Source: Candidatus Spongiisociaceae bacterium (lineage in GTDB: Bacteria > Actinomycetota > Acidimicrobiia > Spongiisociales > Spongiisociaceae). From it: 64,000 nt of DNA. Numbering within the stretch: position 1 is the first letter of the stretch; every line of letters starts with the position of its first letter. The notes under the pieces were generated by a model that saw only the letters and a program-made list of their open reading frames with translations, did not search any database and was not told the origin of the DNA. This document shows, piece by piece, positions 60,197 to 64,000 of the stretch. A program made the translations under genes and the position numbers. The stretch is taken from NCBI GenBank assembly GCA_965219685.1, contig CBDCOH010000002.1, forward strand, positions 3,488,001 to 3,552,000, given 5' to 3'.

Positions 60197-61717
60197 ATGG
60201 CTCGGAAGACGGCAATCGCCGAGATCACACCCCATGCGAAACTAGCTGCTGCAGTGCGGGCTGCCCGCGATGCCATGCGTAAGGACGCCGGCCTGAACGG
60301 CGAGGTCGATCGGGTATTGCAACTTGCGTGGCTTCTGTTCCTCAAGCTCTTCGACAGCCTGGAGCGGAGCCGCGAGACCACCGACGACGACTTCCGGCCG
60401 GCCATCGATGCGCCGTATCGCTGGCGTGACTGGGCGGCCGATCCGGACGGCCGGACCGGAGACTCGCTCATCTCCTTTGTGGAGAGGGAGTTCACCGATG
60501 ACGGGAGGCAACGTCGGCCGGGGCTACTGGCTTACCTCCGAGACCTGAAGGGGACGGGAAGCGACGATCCCCGCGCCGCCCTGAGAGCGGTCTTCGAGGA
60601 GACCGACAACCGGATGTTCTCCGGCCATCTGCTGCGCGTTGTCATCGACAACCTCAACGAGATCGACTTTGGGTCGTCCGACGACATCCACACGATGGCG
60701 CATCTCTACCAAACGATGCTGCGGGAAGCGCACCATGCCGCTGGTGGCGCAGGGGATTTCTACACTCCCCGGCCGGTCATTCGCTTCATGGTGGGCCAGA
60801 TCGCCCCCCAACTCGGCGAGGTGATACTCGATCCGGCTTGTGGGACAGGAGGGTTCCTGGTCGAAGCCCTGGAATATCTCCGCCCCGGCGTCGGAACGGC
60901 AGGGGAGCTTCGCAGACTCCACGAGAACCTGCACGGCATCGAGAAACACTCACGTCCCTATCTTCTCGGAATGATGAACATGCTGAGGCTTCGCGAAAAC
61001 ATGCTCCTCCACGGGATGAGTCAGCCGAACCTGGTCCGAGGCGATGCGTTGGCCGAGCCGCCAGCAGAGATCGGCCTGGTTGATCAAGTTGACGTCATAG
61101 TCACGAATCCGCCGTTCGGCGGCATCGTGGAGGAGCGGATTCAGAAGAACTTCCCTGCCGACAGGCGGACAGCGAGGACAGAATGGCTCTTCATCCAACT
61201 CGTGGTCCGGCGACTGAAGGATCGTGGCCGCTGCGCGATGGTCGTACCGGATGGGGTGCTCGCCGGGGGCGGCGTCGGTGCCCGTGTCAAGGAACAACTC
61301 TTGGAGGAGTGCAATCTGCACACTGTTGTCAGGTTGCCCGCGGGCGTACTCGAGCCCTACACGGCGATCACAGCCAACCTGCTGTTCTTCGAGAAGTCCG
61401 GGCCCACGGACGAAACCTGGTTCTACGAGGTTCGCCCACCCGAGGGTCGAAAGAGGTACACGAAGACCATGCCGATCAGGTTCGAGGAGTTCGACCGGTG
61501 CCGTGCTTGGTGGAAGAGCAGGGTCGAGGATGACTTTGCGTGGCGAGTGCCGATCGAGGCGATCGAATCGGCGAACTTCAATCTAGACGTCAGCAACCCA
61601 AACCAGCCGCATGATCTCGCTCGCCGTGCGCCGGCCGAGCTCCTTGGGGAGCTCATAGAAGTGGAGTCAGAGATACTTCGGCTACTGAGGAGCCTCGAAC
61701 GGGGGATCCGGGCGTGA
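60197..61717 (+). CDS. hsdM: Type I-like N6-adenine DNA methyltransferase
   Basis: MRKDAGLNG, FYTPR, DPACGTGGFL, NPPFGG. Confidence 0.93.
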   Translation: MARKTAIAEITPHAKLAAAVRAARDAMRKDAGLNGEVDRVLQLAWLLFLKLFDSLERSRETTDDDFRPAIDAPYRWRDWAADPDGRTGDSLISFVEREFTDDGRQRRPGLLAYLRDLKGTGSDDPRAALRAVFEETDNRMFSGHLLRVVIDNLNEIDFGSSDDIHTMAHLYQTMLREAHHAAGGAGDFYTPRPVIRFMVGQIAPQLGEVILDPACGTGGFLVEALEYLRPGVGTAGELRRLHENLHGIEKHSRPYLLGMMNMLRLRENMLLHGMSQPNLVRGDALAEPPAEIGLVDQVDVIVTNPPFGGIVEERIQKNFPADRRTARTEWLFIQLVVRRLKDRGRCAMVVPDGVLAGGGVGARVKEQLLEECNLHTVVRLPAGVLEPYTAITANLLFFEKSGPTDETWFYEVRPPEGRKRYTKTMPIRFEEFDRCRAWWKSRVEDDFAWRVPIEAIESANFNLDVSNPNQPHDLARRAPAELLGELIEVESEILRLLRSLERGIRA

Positions 61718-62889
61718 GTGTCGAAGACCGCCCGCTCCGCGAGGTTCTCACCCTCGACCTAGACCCGGTCCGGGTCGAAGCGACCACCCGCTACCCGCTT
61801 GCGGGTCTGTACAAGTTCGGACGCGGGCTGTTCAGGAGGAACGACGTCGCGGGGTTTGGCACAAGCTACAAGACCCTCCATCGTCTCCGAGCGGGCCATC
61901 TGGTCGTGAGCAGGCTACAGGCCTCCAAGGGAGCGATCGCTGTTGTACCCCCTGAGTTCGATGGGTTCCATGTCTCTCCCGAGTTCCTGACGTTCTCACG
62001 CCTGGAGGGGGAACTCGACGCGCAGTTCCTCTCGCACCTGTGTGCCTGGCCCGACTTCTGGCAGCGGGTGGCGGCCCCACATAGGAAGCGCGGCACTCTT
62101 CGCGAGCGGGTCCGCCCTGAGCGGTTTCTTGAGATCCGGGTTCCGATCCCGGATATCGACAGCCAACGGAAGGCAAGCCACACGCTGACCTGTTACAGAC
62201 AGAAGGTCGAGGCTCTGGATGCGCGTGCAATGCGGGCGAAGGAACTGAGCGAGGTTGCCGCAGTCGCTCTTGCGCGCCGACCCGATCTCTCCGAGTCTGA
62301 GAGGAAGGCAAGAGGTTGGACGAAGGCTCCGCTACGCCTTCTGATGGAGCAAGTTGCTCACCCGGTATCGGTCGATCCAACGGAGGTGTATCCAAGCCTC
62401 GGTCTCCACCGCTTTGGCCACGGTGTCTTTCGGAAGGAACCGATCGACGGTTCCCGAACCTCGGCCACGACGCTGAATCGCGTCAGGGTCGGCCAGTTCA
62501 TCTACTCCAAGAACCTCGCCTTCGAGGGCGCCTACGCTCACGTTCCGATGGAGTTCGACGGCTTCTTCGTTTCCGGCGAGCTTCCTACATTCCAGACGCA
62601 CGCTGATGAACTGGACGCGCCTTGGCTGGCGATCTACATGCAATCGGCGTCGAACTGGATGGAACCTGGCACTTGGGGCAGCGGCCTCGGCCGACGCCGC
62701 CAAAGACTCAGCGTCGACTCCTTCTTGGACTTCGAGATCTGGAAACCTCCACTCGCGGAGCAGCGCCGGGCCTTGCGAAAGATTCAGGCACTTGCCCGTC
62801 ATCGGAAACTGCGAACCGAGTCAGGACGATTCGTCGCGGCGCTTTGGCCGTCGATACTCCATGAGACGATGGCCACACCGACCGGGTAG
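61714..62889 (+). CDS. hsdS: Type I-like specificity subunit
   Basis: Two related halves, each ending in a P-(I/P)-P-x-x-x-Q-R type motif; GTGA overlap with hsdM. Confidence 0.82.
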   Translation: MSVEDRPLREVLTLDLDPVRVEATTRYPLAGLYKFGRGLFRRNDVAGFGTSYKTLHRLRAGHLVVSRLQASKGAIAVVPPEFDGFHVSPEFLTFSRLEGELDAQFLSHLCAWPDFWQRVAAPHRKRGTLRERVRPERFLEIRVPIPDIDSQRKASHTLTCYRQKVEALDARAMRAKELSEVAAVALARRPDLSESERKARGWTKAPLRLLMEQVAHPVSVDPTEVYPSLGLHRFGHGVFRKEPIDGSRTSATTLNRVRVGQFIYSKNLAFEGAYAHVPMEFDGFFVSGELPTFQTHADELDAPWLAIYMQSASNWMEPGTWGSGLGRRRQRLSVDSFLDFEIWKPPLAEQRRALRKIQALARHRKLRTESGRFVAALWPSILHETMATPTG

Positions 62890-63042
62890 CCCGCGCATGC
62901 AGGCGTCTGCGGCGAAGCAGGCAAGGTACGCGGTGGGTGTGACGCATCACCTCCCGGCGGGGTAGGACACGCGAAAAGTTCTCCTGCAGGGATGGGAACA
63001 GCCCTCTTCACAAACGAGCACCCGTAATGTATCGTTACGACC

Positions 63043-63774
63043 ATGGAACTCGATCTGACAACGCTGGGGTTCGGCGGCACGCTGGTCCTGCTCAGTATCT
63101 CCCTGTTGGCAGTGATGGTCCGGGTGTATCGCCTGCTCACCGACCTGAGCGCGAAGGTCGAAGCGACCACCGCGAAAGTCGAAATCAACACTGCAAAGAT
63201 CGAGGCCCTCGATGCCAGGGTCGAAGCCGTCGCTGCCGAAGTGGCCGAGAACAGAGAACAGATCCGGCTGTTGCGCGCCGAGTTCCGGCTCTTTCGCGCC
63301 GAGGTGAGCGAGGAGTTCCGGCTGGTTCGCGCCGAGGCTAGCGAGGAGTTCCGGCTGGTTCGTGAGGAGTTCCGGCTGGTTCGCGCCGAGGTGAGCGAGG
63401 AGTTCCGGCTGGTTCGCGCCGAGGCTAGCGAGGAGTTCCGGCTGGTTCGTGAGGAGTTCCGGCTGGTTCGCGCCGAGGTGAGCGAGGAGTTCCGGCTGGT
63501 TCGCGCCGAGGTGAGCGAGGAGTTCCGGCTGGTTCGTGCCGAGAGCCGGGAGGACTCCGGGGTGTTCCGTACCGAGATCCGGGACAGCCTCAGCGAGATG
63601 GGTCGTAGGATCGATAGGCTCAGGGACAGGGTCGACGCCAACGCCGTCAAACATGACGCCAACGTCATTGACGTAGGCAAACAGGTGGCGGCGTTCAACG
63701 AGCGGGTATCGAGGGTCGAGGGATACATCGACGGGATGACCGGTGGAGAGTGGCCGGTAGCCAGCGGTCATTAG
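63043..63774 (+). CDS. Membrane-anchored coiled-coil protein with internal tandem repeats
   Basis: N-terminal TM; EFRLVRAEVSE and EFRLVRE repeats; ends ERVSRVEG. Confidence 0.8.
   Translation: MELDLTTLGFGGTLVLLSISLLAVMVRVYRLLTDLSAKVEATTAKVEINTAKIEALDARVEAVAAEVAENREQIRLLRAEFRLFRAEVSEEFRLVRAEASEEFRLVREEFRLVRAEVSEEFRLVRAEASEEFRLVREEFRLVRAEVSEEFRLVRAEVSEEFRLVRAESREDSGVFRTEIRDSLSEMGRRIDRLRDRVDANAVKHDANVIDVGKQVAAFNERVSRVEGYIDGMTGGEWPVASGH
63280..63552 (+). repeat. 33-bp and 21-bp in-frame tandem repeats
   Basis: gagttccggctggttcgcgccgaggtgagcgag and gagttccggctggttcgtgag units. Confidence 0.95.
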
Positions 63775-64000
63775 GTGTTAGGTAGTGATCGGCGGTTAGC
63801 GCTAGGTCGGGTACTTGTCCGGTTTCGGTGTGTTGTCCGAGCTTCCCCTCTCGCTACCCGGTCGCCGATGCAGGCGCCGATCAGGAGCATCAGCAGGACG
63901 AGCAGTAGGAGCCCGAGCATTATGGGGATGGCGGCGATCGCCGAGATCACCAGCCCGGCTACGGCCCACTCGCGGCCCGCCGGGCCGCAACCTGTCCGGC
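63771..64000 (-). CDS. 3' end of a membrane protein (DUF4190-like), partial
   Basis: Manual translation GREWAVAGLVISAIAAIPIMLGLLLLVLLMLLIG; 5' part outside the window. Confidence 0.45.
   Translation of the reverse strand, partial: RTGCGPAGREWAVAGLVISAIAAIPIMLGLLLLVLLMLLIGACIGDRVARGEARTTHRNRTSTRPSANRRSLPNT

Overview
High-GC actinobacterial chromosome segment, probably a deep-branching lineage such as Acidimicrobiia (inferred from gene order and the EF-Tu sequence). From left to right: a minus-strand CoA-dependent catabolic operon (1-7.8 kb); a serS/tadA/SRP-RNA region with tRNA-Leu, all four tRNA-Ser isoacceptors, tRNA-Arg(ACG) and small accessory insertions (8-25.8 kb); the str-S10-spc-alpha ribosomal protein supercluster (26.1-46.4 kb, infA absent); truA-rplM-rpsI-glmM, a disrupted DUF3800-like gene, the glmS ribozyme, glmS and acpS; and a defence-like tail with a broken PIN TA pair, an AbiEi-like regulator, HsdM and HsdS without HsdR, and a repeat coiled-coil protein. 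Three signals are not explained by the annotation. (1) tuf has lost almost all synonymous C to T on one strand only, the polarity flips at its 3' end, and similar amino/keto skew appears in accessory DNA. (2) Heptamer tandem tracts begin at stop codons across the window, including a large inverted array after glmS. (3) Ribosomal protein S3 carries a recently amplified Gly/Arg/Pro tail. All calls come from reading the sequence; no database searches were run.
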